Shown one piece after another: positions 49,301 to 60,544 of a stretch of 64,000 nt of DNA. Position 1 is the first letter of the stretch; each line of letters begins with the position of its first letter. This stretch comes from Entomortierella parvispora E1425 (lineage: Eukaryota; Fungi; Mortierellomycota): assembly GCA_020891255.1 (NCBI GenBank), contig BQFW01000006.1:1488001-1552000 (forward strand). The letters run 5' to 3'. The notes beneath the pieces are model-generated. The model was not told where the DNA came from. It saw only the letters and a list, made by a program, of their open reading frames with translations, and did not search any database. The position numbers were made by a program, and so were the translations under genes.

Positions 49301-50869
49301 CTAGTCTTTGTTACAGACCAACCATGCCGTCTCCTGGACTTCCCTGAGCATCGAAAATCCTTGAATTTGGCGCAGTTCTGGCCAGTTTTTTCTCACCCAG
49401 GTCGCCTCTTCAACCCCCCACAGGTCCTTAATGCCTGGCGCTACAACCACAAGCTTTTTCAACTTTCGAAGCGTGTGTAGCTGATCCAGTCCCTCGGCTA
49501 TCATGAACCGCAGTCGATGGTCCTCCATCTGGTTAGGACCAAACAGCTCGAGCGCCTCCAATTGCGTCAGCTCAGAAAGGCGCGACAGCACCATGGATTG
49601 AGTCGTCGCCCGAGAAGTCAGGACAATGTTGAAAGTCAGTTCCTTAAGACCCTTACAGACCCAGGGGCGACTGTCTCGTTGTAGATGCGTGTCTAAAATA
49701 GTGCCCGCCTCCAGCACTTCCAGATTAGGCATGGATCCAAGTATCTCGATGATGGTGATCCCATCGGCCCCATAGTCGCTCATCCGAAGCACCCTCAATG
49801 TGAACAAGTGCTCGCGACTGCAATCGTAAAGGGCCCTCCAGCACCAACGATTGAAATTCGTGTTTGTGACGTCCAACTCGGTCAATCCATCCACATTGTC
49901 CAGGACTGTGGCCAGATCTGCGGGTTCCATCATCCCCAGGCGTATCCGAAGTGACTCTAACTTTTCGCAACTCCATTTCCCAGACTTGATAGAATTTGCC
50001 AAAAGCTGCATCATCGGGATCCCATGTCTGACGAAGGGCAGTCGACCCAAGCCTTCCCAGGTCAATCGCACCAGTTGACGGCATTGCTGAATGACCCAGA
50101 GGTGCGCATATTGATCGTGGTGGTATCCAGTGATGGAGAGATCGCGGATTCGTGGAGGTCCAGTTTTCTGAGCGACGATTTTCGTCAATGCCTCTGAAGG
50201 GAAGACCACGGGCGCCTGCACGGAACGGTGATTCGGGACATGCACCCAGTCGCCACAGAGCTGGACCTCATAGATCTTGGACCATAAACCTCTGTAGATG
50301 GTTAGCCAGCCATCTGGGGTCAGACAGGCGGGCGCAGCCAGCAGCTGTGTCCTTGGAGGCTTCTTGAGATTTGGACAATCTTTGATCGCTCGGAGGAGAT
50401 CTCTCGTTGCATTGACTTGAACGTCGAGGAAAGTCAGAGAGTCCTTGTGTCGACGGATCAGATCCACCTGCGCCTCTTCGCAGGACTGACCAAGATAGAT
50501 GATGGACAAGGATGTCAGAGACGGGAAGGTCACTGTGAGACTCTTTGTATCCTTGATGACCCGTCCACAGACGACCTCAAGCTCGCGGACCAAGATTGCA
50601 TGTCGGGCCAGCTGTTTGAACGAAGGTCGTTTCCCACCCGAGGACACATCTATTCGCATCGACTTCCAGAATTGGACCATGAAGATGTCGTACCAAAAAT
50701 GGGAGACGCGAAGGCACTTTACCAAAGTATCTTTGTCTATTTGCTCTCCGACTAGCAGCAGAATCTCTGGAATCGCAAGAGGATGCTGTATTGTGTCCTG
50801 GAGAGAATGTTTCGTAGCCGGGTGGAAATCTAGTTCTTGCACGAGATCATGCTGTGGGGCAACTGACAT
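49301..50869 (-). CDS. F-box protein with RNI-like/LRR body (single exon)
   Basis: HPLAIPEILLLVGEQIDKDTLVKCLRVSHFW F-box; PWVCKGLKEL, LSRLSELTQLEAL, GLDQLHTLRKLKKL, WVRKNWPEL. Confidence 0.85.
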   Translation of the reverse strand: MSVAPQHDLVQELDFHPATKHSLQDTIQHPLAIPEILLLVGEQIDKDTLVKCLRVSHFWYDIFMVQFWKSMRIDVSSGGKRPSFKQLARHAILVRELEVVCGRVIKDTKSLTVTFPSLTSLSIIYLGQSCEEAQVDLIRRHKDSLTFLDVQVNATRDLLRAIKDCPNLKKPPRTQLLAAPACLTPDGWLTIYRGLWSKIYEVQLCGDWVHVPNHRSVQAPVVFPSEALTKIVAQKTGPPRIRDLSITGYHHDQYAHLWVIQQCRQLVRLTWEGLGRLPFVRHGIPMMQLLANSIKSGKWSCEKLESLRIRLGMMEPADLATVLDNVDGLTELDVTNTNFNRWCWRALYDCSREHLFTLRVLRMSDYGADGITIIEILGSMPNLEVLEAGTILDTHLQRDSRPWVCKGLKELTFNIVLTSRATTQSMVLSRLSELTQLEALELFGPNQMEDHRLRFMIAEGLDQLHTLRKLKKLVVVAPGIKDLWGVEEATWVRKNWPELRQIQGFSMLREVQETAWLVCNKD

Positions 50870-51234
50870 TGTTTTTATCTTGTCTTGAGGGAGAAATGAG
50901 ATGGAGGGTGAGAGGAGGAAGAAAACAACGAACAACCCTTTATAGATTTCTGCACTGCCACCATGCACGAAGATTTTTTTTTTGGCAGGACACTTCTCCA
51001 CATCTTTCCTCCCCCTTGGAATTTCATTTGACCCCAACTGCGCTCATTTGACTCTTTGCCACTGTCGATAGAAAACTGTGTAGCTCAGACGCGTCTTGGC
51101 TATTGGAACCAGACAACAAGAACAGGGAAAAGAAAATTTATTTACATCGAAAGGCGGATTATGGGGGTCCCAAAGAAGGATATCCTTCCGTGAAAATCAA
51201 CAGAGAGGGCCAAAGGGAAAAGGAAGGGAGTTAT

Positions 51235-51597
51235 CTAAGCCAGAGGTTTGCCCTCGCGTGTCTCCTTTGTCGCATCGTTGGAGGCCGCTGTGGGAGGACT
51301 GACGGGATGCGAACCTTGCTGCTGCTGCATATCACCCTTGGTGATGTTGGCCTTTCCACGCGCTTCCATGGCTGGATCCTGAGTGAAGGAGCCAACCGCC
51401 TGCTCGACTTGACCCTGAAGACTGTGTCCGACTCCGTGAAGCTGGGTTTTGGCGTCGGCCATCTTTTGGTTGGCCTCTGCCTGTTCCTTTTGGTTGGCAC
51501 CGCTGGCGGCCAGATCGGGGTATCCCAAAGTCTCGCCGATAGTCTGCTTGGCGGCTCCGATGTAGGAGTTGGCGACGTTTTGCATGCGTTCAGTCAT
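51235..51597 (-). CDS. CsbD/Hmp1-like hydrophilin stress protein (paralogue 1, C-terminally extended)
   Basis: NSYIGAAKQTIGETLG...GQVEQAVGSFTQDPAMEARGKANITKG; TATAAA at 51678-51673. Confidence 0.85.
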   Translation of the reverse strand: MTERMQNVANSYIGAAKQTIGETLGYPDLAASGANQKEQAEANQKMADAKTQLHGVGHSLQGQVEQAVGSFTQDPAMEARGKANITKGDMQQQQGSHPVSPPTAASNDATKETREGKPLA

Positions 51598-52852
51598 AGT
51601 GTTATATGTTGGGTGGTTACAGCTTGTTGTTGTTGAGTTGTGTTTTTTTGGGGGGAAGAAGGGGTCTCCCCCTTTATATGTTGATAATCAACTGAAAATG
51701 ACCACACCATGACCGCATTGCTGCCCCACATGTGTGGAGAACCTCTAGACCCTTAATAGGATCATCGTGACATCATTTTTTTTTTCATTGACCATGGTGC
51801 CTGGGTCGGCAGGCACACGTCAGTCGAACCCGGTCGGGGTCCTAGTCATTCAATGGAAGTAAGTGATCCTCCCCGACAGCTAGCGACGCGTCATGTCTGT
51901 TCATCGAGGCGATCAAAAAAGACCGTTTGTGAGCGTGCGTCTCGTGCGACCTGGCCCATGGCGCTAGAGGATCGTCAACGCTACCCTCGTGATGCTCTTG
52001 CACTCACCTTTCTAAATAAACGAACGTCAATACACAAAACGACGACTGCAAAACACAACGCGGTGCTCGAATGCACCACTAGGAAGACATTGGCGATACA
52101 ATAATGACCGATGCAAAGACAGTCCTGCAGAGTGCGAGTGGCCTAATTCTTTCATAGAGGGCTCGGGCATGGAGGCGCGTGAAAAGGTCAAAATGATCCA
52201 GGTGACAGCTATCTGTTTATTAAAGGTCAGTGGCTGCCAATGCCGGGCACGTCCAAATCACTTGTTGAGGCCAAGCAGAACACCACTAGTACTGCAGTTG
52301 GAGTCTTCAGCTCCAGGGACGTGGACACCTTCGACCTGGTGGGCCAGGCAACAGACAAAGCTCTACAGATGTTGTTTCTAGCTTCAAAATGTTGAGATCA
52401 CGCGGAATATATAATGAAAAGTGAGATTGGGACACTTTCCGGCCCCAAAAAGCATTTTTCTGTCAGGAACCTATTACAGTTCTCGCGAGGACACTTCTAG
52501 CTGGAGAAATATTCATGGATGCCAAGCGCCACATGGTTAGCAGCGTGGACCTATTTCAGATCGAATGTGCATGGGGTAAGTAAACAAGATCGTCTGGAGC
52601 AGATGCGAGATATCTCATGGATCCATCGGCAAGGCAACAGGTAGCAGGAAACAACACACACATAGTGTCTAGTTACCTCCGGGGTCAACCACGCACAGCG
52701 CAAGACAGCTATTGTATGATGTAGTTTATTGTTTTATGTACAGCTTGTTGTTGAGATCGAAAAAAAGTAGAATACACACTTTTTTTTTTTTTTTTGATAC
52801 TGAAGTAAAATGAATGGGGGAAGGGAGGCGGGCCATCTGGCAGCAACCTTTT

Positions 52853-53137
52853 TTAGACGTTGCGCTTGACTTCACCTCGGGCAATGTTGGCATGCCCCTC
52901 TGCCTCCATCTTGCTGTTTCCGACTAAGGAACCGACCGTCTTTTGGACGTTTCCCCCAATAGAGTGACGGAGACCTTCGGCATGAGTCTTGGCATCAGCA
53001 GTGGCCTGGGCAGCGTCGGCCTGAGCCTTCTTAGCAGCGCCCTCTGCGGCCATAGTGGAGTTTCCGATCGCGTTTCCGAGAGTTTGTTTGGCGCCTCCCA
53101 TGTAAGAGTTGGCAGTGTTGGAGAATCTGTCGGTCAT
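52853..53137 (-). CDS. CsbD/Hmp1-like hydrophilin stress protein (paralogue 2)
   Basis: NSYMGGAKQTLGNAIG...GNVQKTVGSLVGNSKMEAEGHANIARG; TATAAAA upstream near 53232. Confidence 0.85.
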   Translation of the reverse strand: MTDRFSNTANSYMGGAKQTLGNAIGNSTMAAEGAAKKAQADAAQATADAKTHAEGLRHSIGGNVQKTVGSLVGNSKMEAEGHANIARGEVKRNV

Positions 53138-53483
53138 GCTTGAAAATGGATTTGTGTTGAGAGTAAGGATAAGTTGATTGTGTCTGAGAGGAATGAAATG
53201 AGAAAAGGATGGGTCAAGGCGGTTCTTTTATACACGCGAGCGGCCATCCATTACATCACCATAGAAATTTCGAAAGAAAGTCAAAGGCCCCAATCCCAAG
53301 AAAGCCATTGCACACCATGACGCGCTAGATGCCCTCAGTCCAGTAAGGACCCCTGCATAGGGGCCTGCCGGGGCTGTAACCCCCTTGTGAATGGTCAGTG
53401 GCCCCGGGTTGCTCCCTTGTCCTATCGCAAGAGCGCGAAAGTTGGAGACAAATCTCGACAGATCTGAGGATCATTATGACATC

Positions 53484-53517
<34 letters not shown>

Positions 53518-53942
53518 GTTCTCTCGCGTTTGTTTGCGCTGTGCGTTTCTGTGGACCAAGCGAGTTTCTAGCCCAAACTGCTTTTCACTATATGACACCA
53601 TCTCAAGTCTTTCAGCAATTCATACGGGTAAGAAATATGTTTAGAACCATGATTTGTTTGAAGCAGCCTATAATAGATGAACGCGGTCTGCCTTCGCTGC
53701 CAAGCATCAACTCCGCGATGGCGGAAGGTGGGCAATACTTGGACGCGTCTCCTTATTTTGGTCAATTTCAAGCAGCAGAACTATTGGGTGCCTCCAGAGG
53801 GTCAAGGCACAAGTGAGCTGGCCTCCTCCGAGGTCTAAAGAGCGCGGCGTGGACCGCGGGTTAAAGCAAAGCAGAAGGGGGGATCTTTGCGAAGGTCCTG
53901 AAGCTGGGTCAGCCAGAGTCCTCGACTCACCCCTAGAGGATT

Positions 53943-53974
<32 letters not shown>

Positions 53975-54243
53975 CGTACCTCTCTGATCTGCCCGCCAAC
54001 CCAGGGACTCTTCCTCCCAACTGATCAGAGGATCATGAAATAGCAATACGGAGATATGAAGAATAAACTGAGTCGATGAATTCATTTGTCGTTTGTCCGT
54101 GAGCAGTTGCTGCATCAGCATTAGACCATGGAGGCCCAAAGGCATAGAAGGGAAACTATATGGCAGGTGTTTGGTGCTTGTCAAGATTGCACTCGAAAGA
54201 AGAACGAGGGGGCTTCCTCACAAATAGTTGGAGCTCCCTCTCT

Positions 54244-54274
<31 letters not shown>

Positions 54275-54521
54275 GGATCGAGTTTCTCGGGCATCAAGAG
54301 TCGCCGTGGTTGTCTTTCTCTCAATTGTTTTCCATCCCCCTACATCTCTCCAGTACTCTTTTGGGTTATCAGGAGTCTACACTCTTCCATACCATGCCCT
54401 ATCCACCCGCTTTGCTCACGTCAGAGCCAGTCTCTTTTGACTCACCCCTTCTCGGTGTTGATAATTGAAAACAAACCACCTTTACATTAAGCAAATAACT
54501 GTTTATTACAGAGACGAGATA

Positions 54522-56856
54522 TTAATAGGCATACTCTTCGTAGTCGGGGTGGTAACCATGGAAGTTAGTACCGCCATAGATGCAGTGATCCAGAGCATCC
54601 TTGTTGGTGGGAGTATTCTCTGAAGGGTTGCCCCACCATTCGGGGAATGCACCGCCCCATGAATTGACGATGAAGAAAATGGCCAGACCGCAAATGGCAA
54701 CACCGGTATCCAGGGCGGCGGAGGTAAGGTAGTTGTATCTTGCCCACCAGTTGTAACGGTAACGTCTGAGGATGTAAGCAAAGATGAAACCAATGAAGAG
54801 ACCGTTGGTGTACATGTAAGGAAGAGCTGGGGGCATGTAACTGGTGGCAGCCAAGAGCACGGGCCAGTGAATGTTGCTCAAGAGTCTGTTGTTGGGGAAC
54901 TTCTTGGAAAGAAGCCAGGTAATGACTGGGAGGATGGCTCCGACAAGGAAACCCCACTGGACGGTACTGTAGAGAGCACCATCCTTGTTACCGAAGACGC
55001 GAGCGGGTCCAATGGCACCCCAAATGACAGAGGCTGAGTAGAAGGTTCTGGTGTTACGGCAAGTGAATGGGTAGCCCTTGATGGGGTCACAGACGAAAGG
55101 ACGGGTATCAATCAACCAAGTGGCGGTACCCAAGTTGATGATGCAGGAGATGATAGCAGAGACCAGCTGAGCCATGAACATGACTCTTGGGGGAATCTTC
55201 ATGTAGTGTCCCAACTTCAAGTCACCGACGAAAGAAAGAGCCTGGACGTTGACAATGTAACCATAGGTCTTGAAGGTGACGTTGGCAATGGCATGGCCAG
55301 GGAGGAGGTAACCAATAAGATACTCAGTGACGACGTTAAGACCGGGCTGTTGGTTGGTAACGGCCTGAACAACTCCAACGGGAAGAAGGAAAATGATGGA
55401 GATACAGAAGGCCAAGAGAAGTGCCCACCAAGGCATGTAGTCCCAAACAACACAGGTAACCATGGACAAAGCAAAGGTGATAACTCCAAGCAAGCCGTAC
55501 CACCAATCTGGAACCTCGGGGTAAACGCGCATGAGGCGGGAATGGATATCATCAGTCTCTTGGCGAGCAGCCTTCCAGCGAGAAACAATCTCAGGGCCAT
55601 TGAAGAGGGCGACGTGAACAATGGTCGCGGTCAAACCAGCGAAACCAACTCCATAAGTGAGTGCAAAGAAGGAGTCCATGCGGAGAGGGCCATAGGCTTG
55701 GTACAAGCTCTCGCTGAGAACACCGTTGCTGTCGAGCACAGCGGACTTATCATAAGTAGTTCCATTAATCTGGAACAACTCGGCAGAGACAATGGGATAG
55801 TTCTTGGAATCCCAAAGGTTGGTGTAGTAGGCCCATGGAACCATGATCCAGGCAACGACGATAAAACCAACCAGTACATTGACCTGAGCGAACCAAGGAG
55901 TGATCATGGGCTGAATAACTTGGGTGGCACCAGCCCAGTCCAAGGCGATAACACCGATACCGAGACCATTGGATCCCGTAACCTGGGCCAAAGCGATGTT
56001 GTTGGGGCTAATCCAGCAGATCCAGGCAATGTATCCAAGAGTAGGGAAAATGAGGCCAGGAAGCCAGTAGTAACAGAACGAAGCAAAGGCCACGATACCG
56101 AAGTACTTCATGCGAGACATGCGACCAGCTTCATGGATATCAGCTTCAGCGTGAAGAGAACGGAAAAGCGAAGCATACACAAGATTGGAGGGCCAAACCA
56201 TGTGAGCGGGATAAACCAGGAAACGACGAACGGCACCGGCCAAGGCGAAACCAGTAATCTGGGTAGTAAGGACCAGGAACATGCCGGCAACGAAAGTCTT
56301 CTCCGAGGAATACCAGATCTTTTGCAAGATCACAATATCGACGGCGTAGGCAGTTCCAGTGTTACAAGCGACCATTGTTCCGATCAGGACGTGCTCCTTG
56401 ATGGAGAAGGGACCGGGGTTCAAGGACCACTTGTAACCGAAGGTATTCCATTGGCGGGTGGGCAGGACTTTGGCCATGAAGTGACCCATGGGAAGAGAGA
56501 GCAGGGCACAGACAGCGTAGCCAAGCTGGATCTGAATCTGACGAAGGTAGAAGAACTGGTTGACGAAGGAGACAACGCAAGTCCACAGCAATCCGAGGGA
56601 CCACATGCGGAAGGTGTTGCAAGGGATCGAGGGGTCATCGGTGTCTGGCGAGTTGAAGGGTCCAGAACAATGGATTAGCCACTTCATATCAACTACTAAA
56701 ACTGAACCTGCAGTTGAAGATGGCGTACTTACTGGAAATAGTGACACGAACTTCCTCAATGGGGGAGTCATCCTCCTCTTCAAGCTGGACGTTGGGGTGA
56801 TCGCCCTCGACTTTCTCGTCGATGTATTTTTCGGTGTGGGCTTCTTCCTTGCTCAT
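54522..56856 (-). CDS. OPT-family oligopeptide transporter (Isp4/Opt1-like), 2 exons (56856-56733, 56644-54522), 748 aa
   Basis: SPIEEVRVTISNTDDP after splicing, SLNPGPFSIKEH, MVWPSNL, NQQPGLNV, DLKLGHYMKIPPR, IWGAIGP, YLTSAALDTG motifs; GTAAGT..CAG intron. Confidence 0.95.
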
Positions 56857-57159
56857 GATGAAGAAGAGAAGAGGACGGGGAGAGAGGGGGGGGGGGGTGA
56901 GGTGGGTTCAAAAAGCACAAAGAAAAAAGAACAAGGGGAGTCAGGTCCTACTTATATCTGACCCGATTCCTGATGGGAAGGAGTCTCTACAGGCCTGGAC
57001 TGGTGGCGAGGCACTCTCGGGTTGTGGAAAAACTTATCGTTTACCACGATTCCTGGAAATGTCGAGAGAGATTTGGACGGGGAAAGTGAGAGCCTCTGGG
57101 TAACAACTCAAATCCAGGCGACCCGCTTTGGACCAAAGCGGATTGAATCCCAAGAATTG

Positions 57160-59130
57160 GGGGACGGAGCGTGCGGAAATGGGCAAAACAAGGCCATGCT
57201 CGTGGTTTGTTTACCTCGCCATTGCATCCATTGAGCCAATCAAGGAGGGGCTCTTTCATAACACTTAGCTTTCTTGAAGTCCGCAGGTCATGCGCTCTTG
57301 TTCAGTCTCAATACCATTCCCTCGCTCTTCTGGTGCTTTTCAATCGTTGACGAATGGGATCGATTCCAGGAGGGTGAGCACGCGAACGAAAAAAAAAGAG
57401 TCTTCCCAGGCCCAGTGCTTTTTTTCTTGTTTGTTTGTTTGACCGAGAAATATGTTTTTTTTTTTTCCTAATCGCCTGCTTCGCATCAATGTTGCCTCTG
57501 CAGTTGGACAAATGTGTTTTACCTTTCAGAGAGTCGTGTCCTCCAAAGAACTCAGTTTTTCCGCTCTGCTCCTCCCCTCTTTATGGGAAACATGAGAGCG
57601 ATGCAAAAAAAAAAAAGTTTGTTTCTTGTGACCACCGCAAAGCGCGAACTAACCCGCTTGCTCGGCAGTATGGAAAGCACTTCTCGGGATAGCAAGGGAA
57701 CCGGGGTTCGCCTGTTTTTCATGGTCCAAAATTGATTACCACCATGATGAAAGGTTAGCAGACCCAACTCGTCTCTCTCCGCAAAAGTTAGGTCCGTCGC
57801 CTTGGCAATAATGGCATCAACTGTTCATAGTACCAGCAAATCATGTACAATGTACTATGCTGAACATTCGTGAGCTCAAACACGATCGAACAACTATTAC
57901 AGTTGTATACTATAATACATAGAACTGTCCCAGGCTCTTGACTGAGGTCAACGGCGGAGGTTTGAACAACAAGTAAACAAAAAAACAATTTTATTTGTCA
58001 ATTCTTGTCCTGCTGTTGGCCAACATCCGATTTTGGTCTAGGGTCCCCTTGTGTTGCGCCTTCTCTGTGTTCTTTCAACAAAGGATCGCTCCACGGGAAA
58101 ATATTGTGCTGTATCCAAGCTTTCGAGGTGAGTAAGTGAGCAAAGGCATCATTTTTTTTTTTTTTTGCTCTGCCGCTTGACTGGTCTTCAAATTCATTGC
58201 TGAAGTTCACTTGCGATCGCCCCTCTGCAGACTGCTTGACCTTTTCTTTCGAAGACATCTTGTTCAAAGAACACCCACCTGTTCTCTTGCAGCTTACTTC
58301 AGGCAGGATTCGACAGATCTGGTTCCTGCACCGTGCTCACTCGGCCATTTAGGCATTTTGGACATTAAAGTACTCATACCCCTATGCCGACACACCTTCT
58401 CCTCGGGGTTCCCCATTGGATGAGTATCTTGCCTGGTCACAAGGCGGTGCAGCTCCTCGGATACCTTCACCGGTACACGAATTGAAGTGAAACCCGGAAG
58501 GTTCATTCAGGCACAAAAAAAATTAAGAGCGAGTGCAGCTCCCAAAAAAAAATGTGACGCAGGATTGGTCAAGAAGTGATGATTGCGCCTTTCGGAATCG
58601 CTTCCGAGTTGTGGTGGGATCACACGTTTGCACGCATGCAAGTTGGGCACACAAGCACGACAGATGAAAACTCATCCGTGCGCACCAGCACTAGAACAAT
58701 GGAAGGACCTATTCTATAACGGAAGAAAGCGCTAGTTCAAAAAGAACAAAGTGGAGATCCAGGTACGCACGGATGGTATCCTCGGAAAAATGAAAAAAAA
58801 AAAAAAAAAAAAAAAAAGCCCTTCGAAAGAGATCATACCCGTGAGTGTCGATCGAATGGTGCTTTTTGGGTATGGGATAAAAAAAATTGTTCTAAAGCTT
58901 CTGCAACAAGAACTCGCCGCAATTGAGGAATCTCCCACGGTTGGGCGATCGTTATTGGAAAGAACTGCAGACAAGTCGCCAGCTGCCAAAAAAAAAGGCC
59001 GATTTGGGGTGGTCTGTCAGTTCAACCCTGCAGAACCTTGACTGTGGCCAAAAATTCGAGTCTGTGTCACCAAGCGACCTCTAGCTTCTTTTCGATGCCT
59101 TGCTTTTACCCGTCCGCCTCTCCCCTCTTT
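57160..59130 (+). repeat. Non-coding block U1 upstream of the OPT gene; diverged direct duplicate of 60545-62170
   Basis: Shared colinear anchors such as gcttttcaatcgttgacga, cagtttttccgctctgctc, gatcatacccgtgagtg and ccctgcagaaccttgactgtggccaaaaattcg. Confidence 0.85.
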
Positions 59131-59249
59131 TTCCCTCGCGTGGCTGGCAACTCGTCTCCAATGACCCTCCAATGATCCAGCAGAGGGATTGACGAGGAGA
59201 TTATGGGATGGGGTTAACTGTGTGTTTTCATAGCCATCCTCGGATTTCC

Positions 59250-59620
59250 TTATTCGCTTTGCACAAATCCTTCACTCACAATGGGGTAGCTCCTGGTGTC
59301 GCAAAGGTTAGTGCAGTAGCCCTCACGAAGGTTAGTGTAGTAGCCCCCAAGGAAGTATGACTGGGATAACGAGGACAAAACCAACCAAGGCATTGACCTA
59401 AAAGAACCAAGGAGTAACCATGGGCTGAATAACTTGAGTGGTACCAGCCAGCCAAAGGCAACAACACTGATACAGAGACCATTGGATCCCATAATCTGGG
59501 CCAGAGTAATATTGCTAAGGCTAATCTAGCAAATCCAGGCGAAGTATCCCAGGATAGCGAGATGCGGCCAGGAAGCCAGTAATAGCAGAACAGTATGCAC
59601 TATAGTACACGAGACAAGGA
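59250..59620 (-). pseudogene. Decayed internal fragment of a duplicated OPT gene
   Basis: LGYFAWIC*ISLSNITLAQIMGSNGLCISV...YYTNL...YPIVS vs LGYIAWICWISPNNIALAQVTGSNGLGIGV...YYTNLWDSKNYPIVS; in-frame stop, frameshifts and a short internal duplication. Confidence 0.85.
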
Positions 59621-59914
59621 GGATTGTAGACGAACAGGGGCTGGGGCAGGATCTGGCTGGCAGGCGCCCCGTTGGTGGGTTGGATGGGCTACCTAGGGAG
59701 TCAATAGTCATAGCGAGGCAGTGGAAAAGAGCAATCGCGTGATGTCACTGTAGTACTACCAACAGTGCTGCACTCTTTTTTTTTTCTGTATGATACACGG
59801 CGTATTCATCGAGGAAAGGACAGCTTATTTATTTCAACAGGTGTCGATTGACGATTTCGTATGGCCAAGGTACTTTGTATTCCAATGGAGTGGCAATATT
59901 GACTAGGAGACAAC

Positions 59915-60145
59915 CTAATCGCAGTTGGGGTAGTTTTCTTTAAAACCTCGAAGCTCGGGGTCACCACAGCGCTTCTTGAGAACAACGGGAGGAACAATCT
60001 CATCGCAGTTGGGGTAATTTTCTTTAAACCCTCTAAGCTCGGGGTCACCGCAACGCTTGGAAAGAGTGCGGGGGGCAGCTTCGGCCATCGACAAGACAGC
60101 CAATGTGGCCATGACCAGGAAGGAGAAAGGCTTAAGGGCGACCAT
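59915..60145 (-). CDS. Secreted Kex2-processed repeat peptide precursor (76 aa) with two copies of CGDPELRGFKENYPNCD
   Basis: Signal peptide MVALKPFSFLVMATLAVLSMAEA, propeptide APRTLSKR, core, spacer EIVPPVVLKKR, identical second core; repeats differ only at synonymous sites; AATAAA at 59833-59828. Confidence 0.85.
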   Translation of the reverse strand: MVALKPFSFLVMATLAVLSMAEAAPRTLSKRCGDPELRGFKENYPNCDEIVPPVVLKKRCGDPELRGFKENYPNCD

Positions 60146-60147
60146 GG

Positions 60148-60302
60148 CTGAAGATGCAAGTTATGGCAGAGGTTAGACACGATATGAGATCAAAGAACGG
60201 GTCCTGTATCATTGATGGAAACACCGGAACTTACTGAGTTTTTGGAATGAGGAAGGGATTGATTGTAAGGCAATGAAAGTTGTCAGAATGGCGATATTTA
60301 TA
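60148..60302 (-). promoter_or_regulatory. TATA box and 5'-UTR intron of the peptide precursor gene
   Basis: TATAAATA 60302-60295; intron 60234-60148 with GTAAGT donor, CTAAC branch site (60176-60172) and CAG acceptor 2 nt before ccATGG. Confidence 0.75.
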
Positions 60303-60544
60303 AGAAACGCGAGCGGGTGTGGTGTTTAGATGTAAATTGGACCATGAGCTGTTTGATGATGTTCTTGTCATGGGTAAAAATTTGCTCAGAGGGCGCGGGA
60401 GAGGGCGCGGGGTGGGCGCGTCTGGGTCTCCTTGTTTACTTGCCGTTTTGAGTAAGTTTTCTTCACGAGGACGGCTCTGGTGCAAGCAACCTGCCCATTT
60501 TTTTCCGGATCAACCCCCTGCCTCCAAGGCGTGTTATTGGTTGA

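Noticed and set aside
51822-51831. GGGTTCGACT T-loop-like sequence on the minus strand
   Set aside because: Flanks do not form a T-stem or cloverleaf; not a tRNA
53391-54490. Short ORFs and a donor-like site between the CsbD paralogue and the OPT 3' end
   Set aside because: No coherent gene model; dominated by poly-T/A runs
55206-56678. 490-aa plus-strand ORF
   Set aside because: Antisense shadow caused by the strong C-ending codon bias of the OPT gene
59915-60145. Dikaritin/ustiloxin-type RiPP cluster interpretation of the repeat precursor
   Set aside because: No DUF3328 oxidase, tyrosinase or methyltransferase seen nearby in this window; the Cys pair points to a disulfide instead
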